NCBI GenBank assembly: GCA_963770895.1 | Contig: CAVYRF010000002.1 | Location: 1,120,001 to 1,184,000, forward strand | From: an uncultured Acidobacteriota bacterium | GTDB taxonomy: Bacteria; Acidobacteriota; Thermoanaerobaculia; Multivoradales; UBA5704 | DNA: 64,000 bases | Reading direction: 5' to 3' | Translations under genes and position numbers: made by a program | Notes under the pieces: generated by a model | The model's input: the letters and a program-made list of their open reading frames with translations, nothing else | Databases searched by the model: none | What the model was told of the DNA's origin: nothing | Shown here: positions 44,626-52,932 of the stretch, piece after piece | Position numbering within the stretch: the first letter of the stretch is position 1 | Layout: each line of letters starts with the position of its first letter

Positions 44626-47055
44626 ATGTTTTTCCACCGGACGCAGCGACAGCTCTTCCTGCGGATCGCCTATGCCGGCGCGCCGCTTTCCGGCAAGACC
44701 GAAACGTTGAAAGCGCTGCTGCCGATGCTGCAGACCAAGGGCGCCAACGAGACCGTGTTCTCGCCGTTCGCGGCACGCGGCCGCACCCTCTATTTCGACT
44801 GGGCGCAGTACCAGGGCGGCGTCTTCCTGGACGGGCCGCTGCAATGCCAGATCACCTCGGTCCCCGGCCAGGAATCGCTGCATCGCCGGCGGCGCGTCCT
44901 GATCGAAGACGCCGACGTGGTGGTGTTCGTCATCGACGCGCAGCCCGACCAGATGGAGACCAACCGGCGCTGCCTGGCGGAGATCCAGCCCTGGCTGACG
45001 CGCGGCGACCTGCCGCCGATCAGCGTCGTCTACCAAGCCAACAAGCACGATCTGCCCGGCACTCTGGACGTCGCCGACATCCGCCAGCAGCTGGCGCTGG
45101 ACGCCGCGGCAGAGGTCTACGAAACCAGCGCCCTGCAGGGCGAAGGCGTGCGCATCTGCTTCGTCGCCGGCGTGCGCGCCTGCGTCCGCCGCGCCGAAGC
45201 CCTGCGCGCCGCCAACCGCCTGCCCGAAGGCGCGCCCGACGTCGAAACCGGTGAGCAGCTGCTGGAGCGCGTACGCCTCGCCGACACGCCGGAACCCCTC
45301 CCCGCCAACAGCGACGACGACAGCCCGTCCAAGCCCCAGGCCACAACCGAGCCCGCGGCGGGGCAAGGGTCCGCCGCCCGCGACCCTGTTGCCAGGCCGG
45401 ATCCCAGGACCAACACCGCGCCCATGGCCCAAACGGCGCCAGCGCCGGCTGCGCTCGACACCGCGAACCTGCCCGAACCTGCGCCCGCACCGGCTGCACG
45501 CGACATCCAAACCAGGCCCGACCATGCCGCCCGCTTCGGCGCCTCGACGCCAGCCGCTGCGGCTGCGCTGGCCCCGCCCGCCGCATCGCCGACCGCGGCG
45601 GCACCGCCGCTCGCGCTGCCGCCGCAGGCTGCCCCCACCGCCGCCTGGCACACCGCTTCGGCACCGGCCGTCGCCGGGGCGACCGCCGGCACAGCCGCCG
45701 CGCGCCGGGCGCTGGGCGCCGCTTCAGCCGAGCGTCCCGCGGTCATGCCGATGGCCGACTGGCAGGCGCGCCAGCAGACGGCCGCCGCGCCGCCGGCCGC
45801 CGAAGAGCAGGCGCCTGCCGCCGCGCCCGCTCCCGCAGCCGCTCCCACTGTCACCGCGATGGCGCCGCGCATCGGGGGCCGCGCGGCGGTGATGCCGATG
45901 GCCGACTGGCTGGCCACCTACATCAACCGCGCCGGCGCCGCCGAGCGCGGCACCCACGCCGCCGCCCAGGCCGCGGTCCAGGCAGCGCCGGAAGCGGACT
46001 CGCCGCGCGCGACGCAGGCCGCGATGCCGGTGCTGACGCTCCCCACGGGCCCCGCGGCCCACCCCCACCTGCGCGCCGTGCAACCGCTCGCCGCCCTGCC
46101 GCCGACCGGCTTGCCGCCGCAGGCGAGCGCACCCGCGCCCATCCCATCGGGATCGGCAGCCCCCGCGCATCCAATCACCGCCGCCTCCCCGCCAATCCCC
46201 ATGTCGGATCGGCAGCCGGCGCCTTCTACGCCGGCCGCCGCGACCCCTGCGATCCCTGCGACCACCGCGGCCGCCCCCACCCACCCGGTCGCGGCGTCGC
46301 CGGCACAGCCCGCGGCCGCCGCGCCGCCCGCGGCGGGACCGCCTGTTCCCTGGCTGCCCGGCCACGAAGCCACCCTGCTGGATGCCTGGCCGCTCGCCAT
46401 CTGGCGGCTGGCGTTCCAGGCCGCCGGACCGCAGCCCCAGGCGCCGGCGGTGGTCGCCGGCACCATGCTGCAGGGCCGCGTCGGCGGCGGCTGGCACGCG
46501 CGCGCCTGGGGGACGCTGGAGGGGCCCGACGCCGGCCGCGCGGAATTCAAGCGCCTGGTGTCGTGGCTGATGCGCCTGGGCAATTCGGTGTCCAGCCGGC
46601 GCTGCCTGGTGCTTGCCGGCAGCGACCAGGGCTGCTGCGTATGGCAGGTGGTGCACCAGGAGCTGACCTTCGATCAGCTGATCGACCAGACCCTGGAAGA
46701 GGAGCTGCCGGCCAAGGAAGCGGTGCAGATCATGGCCGGCACCGCCGTCGATTTCGTCAACGCAGCCCAGGAGTTCGCCCTGCAAGGCGTCGAGCTGCCG
46801 ATCCGCTTCCACACCCTGGCGCGCGAAAACGGCTTCACCGTCTATTCCGCGTTCCTGCCGCGCGAGCCGCTGGCGCCGTCGGGCAACGACGCGCTGGTCG
46901 ACCTCGCCGGCGAGCTGCGGTTCTTCCTGCAGGCCGAGCGGCTGGGGCAGCTCGACGTCACCGAGGCGCTGCGCGAGCTGGAGCGCCTGAGCGAAACCCG
47001 GCCGCGCAATTCGCCAGCCATTGAAGTCCTGCAATCCCTGTTGATCGGAGAGTAA
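44626..47055 (+). CDS. MglA-like small GTPase with long Pro/Ala linker and uncharacterised C-terminal domain (GTPase 1)
   Basis: G1 YAGAPLSGKT, G2 RTLYFDW, G3-equivalent SVPGQ, G4 QANKHDLP, G5 ETSALQGEGV, matching MglA (RTLFFDF/TVPGQ/QYNKRDLP). Confidence 0.85.
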   Translation: MFFHRTQRQLFLRIAYAGAPLSGKTETLKALLPMLQTKGANETVFSPFAARGRTLYFDWAQYQGGVFLDGPLQCQITSVPGQESLHRRRRVLIEDADVVVFVIDAQPDQMETNRRCLAEIQPWLTRGDLPPISVVYQANKHDLPGTLDVADIRQQLALDAAAEVYETSALQGEGVRICFVAGVRACVRRAEALRAANRLPEGAPDVETGEQLLERVRLADTPEPLPANSDDDSPSKPQATTEPAAGQGSAARDPVARPDPRTNTAPMAQTAPAPAALDTANLPEPAPAPAARDIQTRPDHAARFGASTPAAAAALAPPAASPTAAAPPLALPPQAAPTAAWHTASAPAVAGATAGTAAARRALGAASAERPAVMPMADWQARQQTAAAPPAAEEQAPAAAPAPAAAPTVTAMAPRIGGRAAVMPMADWLATYINRAGAAERGTHAAAQAAVQAAPEADSPRATQAAMPVLTLPTGPAAHPHLRAVQPLAALPPTGLPPQASAPAPIPSGSAAPAHPITAASPPIPMSDRQPAPSTPAAATPAIPATTAAAPTHPVAASPAQPAAAAPPAAGPPVPWLPGHEATLLDAWPLAIWRLAFQAAGPQPQAPAVVAGTMLQGRVGGGWHARAWGTLEGPDAGRAEFKRLVSWLMRLGNSVSSRRCLVLAGSDQGCCVWQVVHQELTFDQLIDQTLEEELPAKEAVQIMAGTAVDFVNAAQEFALQGVELPIRFHTLARENGFTVYSAFLPREPLAPSGNDALVDLAGELRFFLQAERLGQLDVTEALRELERLSETRPRNSPAIEVLQSLLIGE

Positions 47056-47060
47056 CCGGT

Positions 47061-48023
47061 ATGACGAACGTGCTCTGGTTGCAAGGCGGCGCCTGTTCCG
47101 GCAACACCATGTCCTTTCTCAACGCCGAAGAGCCGTCGGCCTGCGACCTGGTCACCGACTTTGGCATCAACATCCTGTGGCACCCGTCGCTCGGCATGGA
47201 GCTGGGGGACAACCTGATCCAGCTGCTGGAGGATTGCGCCAAAGGCAGAAAACCGCTCGACATCCTGGTGTTCGAAGGCACGGTGGTCAACGCGCCCAAC
47301 GGCACCGGCGAATGGAACCGTTTTGCCGGCCGGCCGATGCGCGACTGGGTCAAGGACCTGGCCGCCGCCGCCGGGCACGTCGTCGCGATCGGCGATTGCG
47401 CGACCTGGGGCGGCATCCCGGCCACCGCGCCCAACCCCACCGACTCGCAAGGATTGCAGTTCCTCAAGCGCGTCAAGGGCGGCGCCCTGGGCGCCGACTT
47501 TCGCGCCCGGAGCGGCATGCCGGTGCTCAACGTCCCCGGCTGCCCTGCCCACCCCGACTGGATCACCCAGATCCTGGTCGCGCTCGCCACCGGCCGCGCC
47601 GCGGACCTGCAGCTCGACGACCTCAACCGGCCGCGCACGTTCTTTGCCAGCTTCACCCAGACCGGCTGCACCCGCAACATGCACTTCGTGTGGAAGGTTT
47701 CGGCGACAGAATTCGGCCAGCGCAAGGGGTGCCTGTTCTACGACCTGGGCTGCCGCGGTCCGATGACGCACAGCCCGTGCAACCGCATCCTGTGGAACCG
47801 CCAGTCGTCCAAGACCCGCGCCGGCATGCCGTGCCTGGGCTGTACTGAACCCGAGTTTCCGTTTTTCGATCTGGCGCCGGGCACGGTGTTCAAGACCCAG
47901 ACGGTGATGGGCTTCCCCAAGGAGATGCCGGCCGGCATCGACAAGAGCGGCTATATCAAGCTTACGGCGGCAGCCAAGATCGCTGCGCCTTCGTGGACTG
48001 AAGACGATCTCTTTGTTGTCTGA
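47061..48023 (+). CDS. hupS: [NiFe]-hydrogenase small subunit, group 2a type, copy 2
   Basis: Same motifs as copy 1; 320 aa; directly upstream of the large subunit. Confidence 0.95.
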   Translation: MTNVLWLQGGACSGNTMSFLNAEEPSACDLVTDFGINILWHPSLGMELGDNLIQLLEDCAKGRKPLDILVFEGTVVNAPNGTGEWNRFAGRPMRDWVKDLAAAAGHVVAIGDCATWGGIPATAPNPTDSQGLQFLKRVKGGALGADFRARSGMPVLNVPGCPAHPDWITQILVALATGRAADLQLDDLNRPRTFFASFTQTGCTRNMHFVWKVSATEFGQRKGCLFYDLGCRGPMTHSPCNRILWNRQSSKTRAGMPCLGCTEPEFPFFDLAPGTVFKTQTVMGFPKEMPAGIDKSGYIKLTAAAKIAAPSWTEDDLFVV

Positions 48024-48047
48024 CGTACTGCAAGCGGAGATTCTGAT

Positions 48048-49646
48048 ATGACACAGAGCCGTAGAATCGACATCGCCCCGGTCGGTCGCGTCGAAGGCGA
48101 CCTGGACGTGAGGGTGGATATTCAGGACGGGATCGTGGTCGAAGCATGGACCTCGGCCGAGCTGTTCCGCGGCTTCGAGGTGATCCTGCGCGACAAGGAC
48201 CCGCAGGCCGGCCTGGTGGTGACGCCGCGCGTCTGCGGCATCTGCGGCGCGTCCCACCTGACCTGCGCCGCCTGGGCGCTCGACACCGCCTGGGGCACCC
48301 AGGTGCCGCGCAACGCCATCCTGGCGCGCAACCTGGGGCAGATCGCCGAAAGCTTGCAGAGCCTGCCGCGGCACCACTACGGCCTGTTTCAGATCGACTT
48401 CACCAATGCCAACTACCGGCGCAGCCCGTTCTACGAAGAAGCGGTGCGGCGGTGGTCGCCCTTCGTCGGCAGCAACTACCGCATCGGCATCGGCATCTCG
48501 GGCAAGCCGGTCGAAATCTATGCTCTCTTTGGCGGCCAGTGGCCGCATTCAAGCTTCATGGTGCCGGGCGGCGTCATGTGCTCGCCCACCCTCACCGACA
48601 TCACCCGCTCCTGGTCGATCCTGGAATATTTCCGCCGCACCTGGGTCGAGCCGGTCTGGCTGGGATGCACGTTCGAACGCTACGAAGAGATCCGCAGCCA
48701 CCAGGACTTTCTCGCCTGGCTCGACGAAAGCCCGGCGCACGCCAACTCGGACCTCGGCCTCTACTGGCGCATGGGCACCGACGTCGGCGCCGACCGCTAC
48801 GGCGGCGGCCACCGCAAGTTCCTCAGCTGGGGCTACCTGCCGCACGAGGACCGCTACCAGAAGCCGACCATTGAAAGCCGCAACGACGCCGTGGTGATGA
48901 AAAACGGCATCTACGATTTCCACCTCGACCAGCACCAGGAGACGTCGCAGGGGCTGGTGCGGGAGAGCACCTCGCACGCCTGGTACGACGAAGGCGACGA
49001 ACCGGTCCATCCGTTCGAGCGCCAGACCCGGCCGACGGCCAAGAACGCGCGCGATTTTGACGGCCGCTATTCGTGGTCGACCGCCGTCTCGCACGCCGAC
49101 GAGGGGCGGCTGGAGGCCGGCCCGCTGGCCCGCCAGCTGGTGGCGGGCGCGCCGCCACAGCGCCCCTTTCAGCATCACGACCCGCTGGTCGGCGACATGA
49201 TGAAGGCGATGGGCGGCCCCAGCCTGCTGCTGCGCCATTTCGCGCGCATGCACGAGCTGGTCAAGCTCTATCGCCAGGCCGAGCGCTGCCTGCGCGAATT
49301 CCGCCTTGACGAACCCTTCTACATCAAGCCCGAAGAGCGCGACGGCCGCGGCTGGGGCGCCACGGAAGCGATCCGCGGCGCGCTGTGCCACTGGATCGAC
49401 GTCAAGGGCGGCAAGATCCGCAACTACCAGATCATCGCCCCGACCACCTGGAACGTCGGCCCGCGCGACGGCAAGAACAATCGCGGCCCGATCGAGCAAG
49501 CGCTGCTGGGGACGCCGATCGCCAACCCGTCCGACCCCGTGGAGGTCGGCCACGTCGCGCGCTCCTTCGATTCGTGCCTGGTGTGCACGGTGCACGCCCA
49601 CGATGCCAAGACCGGCAAGGAACTGTCCCGTTTTCGGACTGCGTGA
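48048..49646 (+). CDS. hupL: [NiFe]-hydrogenase large subunit, group 2a type
   Basis: RVEGD, FRGFE, L1 PRVCGICGASH, L2 SFDSCLVCTVH followed by a cleavable tail AHDAKTGKELSRFRTA like cyanobacterial HupL. Confidence 0.96.
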   Translation: MTQSRRIDIAPVGRVEGDLDVRVDIQDGIVVEAWTSAELFRGFEVILRDKDPQAGLVVTPRVCGICGASHLTCAAWALDTAWGTQVPRNAILARNLGQIAESLQSLPRHHYGLFQIDFTNANYRRSPFYEEAVRRWSPFVGSNYRIGIGISGKPVEIYALFGGQWPHSSFMVPGGVMCSPTLTDITRSWSILEYFRRTWVEPVWLGCTFERYEEIRSHQDFLAWLDESPAHANSDLGLYWRMGTDVGADRYGGGHRKFLSWGYLPHEDRYQKPTIESRNDAVVMKNGIYDFHLDQHQETSQGLVRESTSHAWYDEGDEPVHPFERQTRPTAKNARDFDGRYSWSTAVSHADEGRLEAGPLARQLVAGAPPQRPFQHHDPLVGDMMKAMGGPSLLLRHFARMHELVKLYRQAERCLREFRLDEPFYIKPEERDGRGWGATEAIRGALCHWIDVKGGKIRNYQIIAPTTWNVGPRDGKNNRGPIEQALLGTPIANPSDPVEVGHVARSFDSCLVCTVHAHDAKTGKELSRFRTA

Positions 49647-49658
49647 GGAGACCCGTCC

Positions 49659-50756
49659 GTGGCGCAATGGGAACCGCAGATCCGCACCAACCTTGAAGAC
49701 GAGATCTACCGCACCCGTCTCGACGAGCTGCTGGGCAACATCCCCGGCACCTTGTCCGCCGGGCTGGTCAACGTCCGGTTCCGCGAAGGCTGCGTCCGCC
49801 TGCCCGGCGGCCGCGCCGCCGAGGCCGACGATACGCAGGCCACGATCGCTCTGACCTGCGGCCTTTTCGGCGGCGAGATGGGCGAGCGCGGCGCCGGCTT
49901 CGCCGAGGCGCTGGCCGCGACGCGCCCCTTCGACTCGGCGTACCTGAGCTTCGCGCAGGAAACGCTGCTGATCAGCCGCCTGGGCCAGGGCGACCGGGCG
50001 CTCATCGCCACCGTCTCGCCCAACCTCAACCAGGCCAGCGCGGTCAACCTGCGGCGCGCCGCCAGCAACCGCATCGACAACGGCGCGCGGGGCGAAATCG
50101 GTCCGGTGCTGGAAGCCACCAACGAGGTGCTGATGGGCGCCTTGCTCGATTTGAGCACCGGCACCGTGGTCAGCCGCTACGAGCGCTTCCAGGGAGTGTC
50201 GGTGCTCCAGCTGGACGGCGACCTGATCGCCGCCGCCCAGGCCATCCTGTCCGCCGGCGGCCCGGTGCGCGGCCTGCGCCTGCGCCATCGCGACGGCCGG
50301 GCGATCGAGATCCGGCGCGCCGAGCTGACCGCGGCACAGCGCAGCCTGCACTTCGCGCGCCTCCGCTTCGATCCCGAGCACCTGCTGGTATTGTCCGCCG
50401 ACCGGCGCGCCATCCCCGGTCTGCTTTCGATCATGATGCGCAACACCGAAACGGAAATCGTGCGCGTCTGGGTCGACGGCCTGCTCAATTACGGCATCAA
50501 GTCGACCATGAACCCGTTCCCCAGGACGCAGGCCGAGTTCCTCGACATCGTGCGCGAGCTGCGCCAGCTGGACCAGAACGATCTGCTCGGCCGCCTCGAC
50601 GTCGGCGGCTTTGCCAACTACACCATGGGCGGCGGGGAAGACATGCAGCGCTGTCAGGAATGCATCTACTACCTGCCCAACGGCCGCTGGTGCGACCTGC
50701 CGGAGCTGCCGGTGCCGGTGGAGGCCCACTGGTGGTGCCGTCTGTGGAAGATGTAG
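49659..50756 (+). CDS. Putative tandem Roadblock-Roadblock-HiPIP-like fusion protein
   Basis: Two ~125-aa segments patterned like the adjacent Roadblock protein (LDELLGNIPGTLSAGLV; VLMGALLDLSTG), then ~100 aa homologous to 43236-43556 ending CQECIYY..WCDLPEL..WWCRLW. Confidence 0.7.
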   Translation: MAQWEPQIRTNLEDEIYRTRLDELLGNIPGTLSAGLVNVRFREGCVRLPGGRAAEADDTQATIALTCGLFGGEMGERGAGFAEALAATRPFDSAYLSFAQETLLISRLGQGDRALIATVSPNLNQASAVNLRRAASNRIDNGARGEIGPVLEATNEVLMGALLDLSTGTVVSRYERFQGVSVLQLDGDLIAAAQAILSAGGPVRGLRLRHRDGRAIEIRRAELTAAQRSLHFARLRFDPEHLLVLSADRRAIPGLLSIMMRNTETEIVRVWVDGLLNYGIKSTMNPFPRTQAEFLDIVRELRQLDQNDLLGRLDVGGFANYTMGGGEDMQRCQECIYYLPNGRWCDLPELPVPVEAHWWCRLWKM

Positions 50757-50786
50757 GCGCGATCGGCGAGAAAGGAGACAGACGCG

Positions 50787-51152
50787 TTGGCAAATCTCAA
50801 GGAGAGCCTGGAGCGCCTGGCGAAGATCGACGGCTTCCTCGGCGGCTGCGTGGTCGACTCCAACAGCGGCATGATGCTTGGCTCCGAGGGCGGCGGCACG
50901 GCGATCGACCTGGAGGTCGCCGCCGCCGGCAACACCGAAGTGGTGCGCGCCGAGCGCAAGGCAATTGCATCCCTCAGCTTGAAGGAAACCGTCGAAGACA
51001 TGCTGATCACCCTCGGCAGGCAGTATCACCTGGTGCGGCCGGTGACGCGGCTCGACGGCCTGTTCGTCTATCTCGTTCTGGACCGGGGCCGCTCCAACCT
51101 GGCGCTCGCCCGGCACACGCTGGCCGACGTCGAGCGCCAGCTGACGCTCTGA
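50787..51152 (+). CDS. Roadblock/LC7 (MglB-like) protein
   Basis: IDGFLGGCVVDSNSGMMLG, LEVAAAGNTEVVRA, EDMLITLGRQYHLVRP, LFVYLVLDR..NLALAR; AAAGGAG RBS, TTG start. Confidence 0.85.
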   Translation: MANLKESLERLAKIDGFLGGCVVDSNSGMMLGSEGGGTAIDLEVAAAGNTEVVRAERKAIASLSLKETVEDMLITLGRQYHLVRPVTRLDGLFVYLVLDRGRSNLALARHTLADVERQLTL

Positions 51153-51195
51153 CGCCGCGACCCCGGCCGACGCGCTTCGCCTGAGCATCCCGAGG

Positions 51196-52785
51196 ATGGC
51201 GCTCGTCGACCCCAAGCTCGGCAACCTGGTCCTGCGGGTTGTCTACGACGGTCCCGCGTGGTCCGGCAAGACCACCAGCCTGCGCTCCCTGGCGGCCAGC
51301 CTGGGGACGCAGATCTTCTCGACCGACGGCGCCGAGGGCCGCACCATGTTCTTCGATTGGGTCGACTACACCGCCGGCCGCTTCGAGGGCATGCCCATCC
51401 GCTGCCAGATCGTCAGCGTCCCCGGCCAGCAGTCGCTCGTCGAGCGGCGCCGGCGGGTGCTGGAAACCGCCGACGTGGTGGTCTTCGTCGCCGATTCGCG
51501 GCTCGGCGCGGCAAGCGAGAACCTGCGCTCGTTCGCGCTGCTGCGCGAGATGGCGGCGACGCCGTTGCCGCCGATCCCCATCGTCACCCAGGCCAACAAG
51601 CGCGACCTGCTGCCGGTCGTGGCGCTCGACGACCTGCGCGACGCGCTGGGCGCCGGCACCATGGCGATGACCGAATCGATCGCCCAGCGCGGCGACGGCA
51701 TCCGCGAGACCTTCGTGCTGGCGGTGCGGCTGGCGCTCGACCGCGTGCGCCTGCTGTGGGCGCGGCGCGAGCTGCCCGGCTGCCCGCCGCCGGTCGACAC
51801 GCCGCAGGACCTGCTGGCGGCGCTGCACCAGGCCGAAGGCGGCCAGATCGAAACGCTGGCCGCGATCGGCATGGGGCTGGCCGACCGCCGCACCCCCGAC
51901 CCCGCCCCGTCGGAGGTGGTGGCGGCGGCACCAGGGGCGCCGGCGGTGCAGGGGGCGGAGGGGACGCCGGACGCACCGGGACGGCCGGGGGCGCCGCCGG
52001 ACGCGCCGCCGCCCGCGGCGCAGGGGGCGCCCCTGGCGCCGGACGCGAGCGTGCCGTCGGGGTTGGTGTGGCCGCCGGTGGACGGCCGCATCACGGTACA
52101 CGAAGCGTCGCGGGAGCCCGCCCGGCTGGAGCGCCGCCGCCGCGGCGATTGGGCCGGCGCCTCGGCCGGCTGGAAGCTGCTGTCGCCGCTCGAAGCGCTG
52201 TTTTTCGACATGGACGAAGGCCGCGCCGCGCTGCTGCACTGGGCGCGCTGGCACGCCGCGGCGGGGGCGCGGCTGTCGGCGCCGCGCTGCGTCGTGCTGG
52301 CGGCGGCGACACCGGCGTCGCCGACCGCCGGGCCGCAAGCCTGGCGGCTGTGGCAGGTGGTGCGCCGGCTGCCCTCGCTGCAAGACCGCGTCGGCCAGCT
52401 GTTCGCCCAGCCCGACGACATCCGCCTGGGAGAAGGCCTGGTCGCCATCGCCCAGCTGCGGCTACGCGCCGAAGAAGACCTCTGCCGCACCGGGTGGCTG
52501 CGCCGCGTGGACCTCGGCTCGCTCACCGCCGACGCCAGCGAAAGGCCGGTCTTCACCGGCTTCGTGCCCTTCCCCGCCGATCCGCCGGTGCCGCGTCAGG
52601 CCGACGGCGATGCCGGCCACGACCTGCGCCAGCTGCGCGCCGAGCTGGGCCCGCTGCTGCGCCACGAGCTGGCCCAGGCGCCGCAGCGGCTGCCCGAAGT
52701 GCTGCGCGCCCTGCAGGCCACCGCGACGCGCCGCGACCAGGCCGCCATCGCCGACACCATCAAGGCGATGCTGCTCGAAATCTGA
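51196..52785 (+). CDS. MglA-like small GTPase with C-terminal domain (GTPase 2)
   Basis: VYDGPAWSGKTT, RTMFFDW, SVPGQ, QANKRDL, ESIAQRGDGI; C-terminal domain homologous to that of GTPase 1. Confidence 0.87.
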   Translation: MALVDPKLGNLVLRVVYDGPAWSGKTTSLRSLAASLGTQIFSTDGAEGRTMFFDWVDYTAGRFEGMPIRCQIVSVPGQQSLVERRRRVLETADVVVFVADSRLGAASENLRSFALLREMAATPLPPIPIVTQANKRDLLPVVALDDLRDALGAGTMAMTESIAQRGDGIRETFVLAVRLALDRVRLLWARRELPGCPPPVDTPQDLLAALHQAEGGQIETLAAIGMGLADRRTPDPAPSEVVAAAPGAPAVQGAEGTPDAPGRPGAPPDAPPPAAQGAPLAPDASVPSGLVWPPVDGRITVHEASREPARLERRRRGDWAGASAGWKLLSPLEALFFDMDEGRAALLHWARWHAAAGARLSAPRCVVLAAATPASPTAGPQAWRLWQVVRRLPSLQDRVGQLFAQPDDIRLGEGLVAIAQLRLRAEEDLCRTGWLRRVDLGSLTADASERPVFTGFVPFPADPPVPRQADGDAGHDLRQLRAELGPLLRHELAQAPQRLPEVLRALQATATRRDQAAIADTIKAMLLEI

Positions 52786-52932
52786 AGACATTGCGCCCGC
52801 CGCGGGCGCATCCCCACCTCGCTTGCGACGGTTCATTGACAGGCGCTGAGGGGTGGTGTATCAACGGGGGAAACACGCAGACTTGCGGTCAGCGCAGTCG
52901 TTGGATTTGGGACTGGACCAGGGGGGGACACC

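Noticed and set aside
48048-49646. Classical regulatory hydrogenase (group 2b HupUV/HoxBC)
   Set aside because: The large subunit has a cleavable C-terminal tail and a cognate protease, the motifs are group 2a-like, and no histidine kinase or NtrC-type regulator is nearby.
44626-52785. The GTPases as HypB-type nickel-insertion GTPases
   Set aside because: The motifs (RTxxFD, VPGQ, QxNKxD) are MglA/Ras-like, lack HypB's metal-binding CH and ExxG motifs, and Roadblock partners are adjacent.
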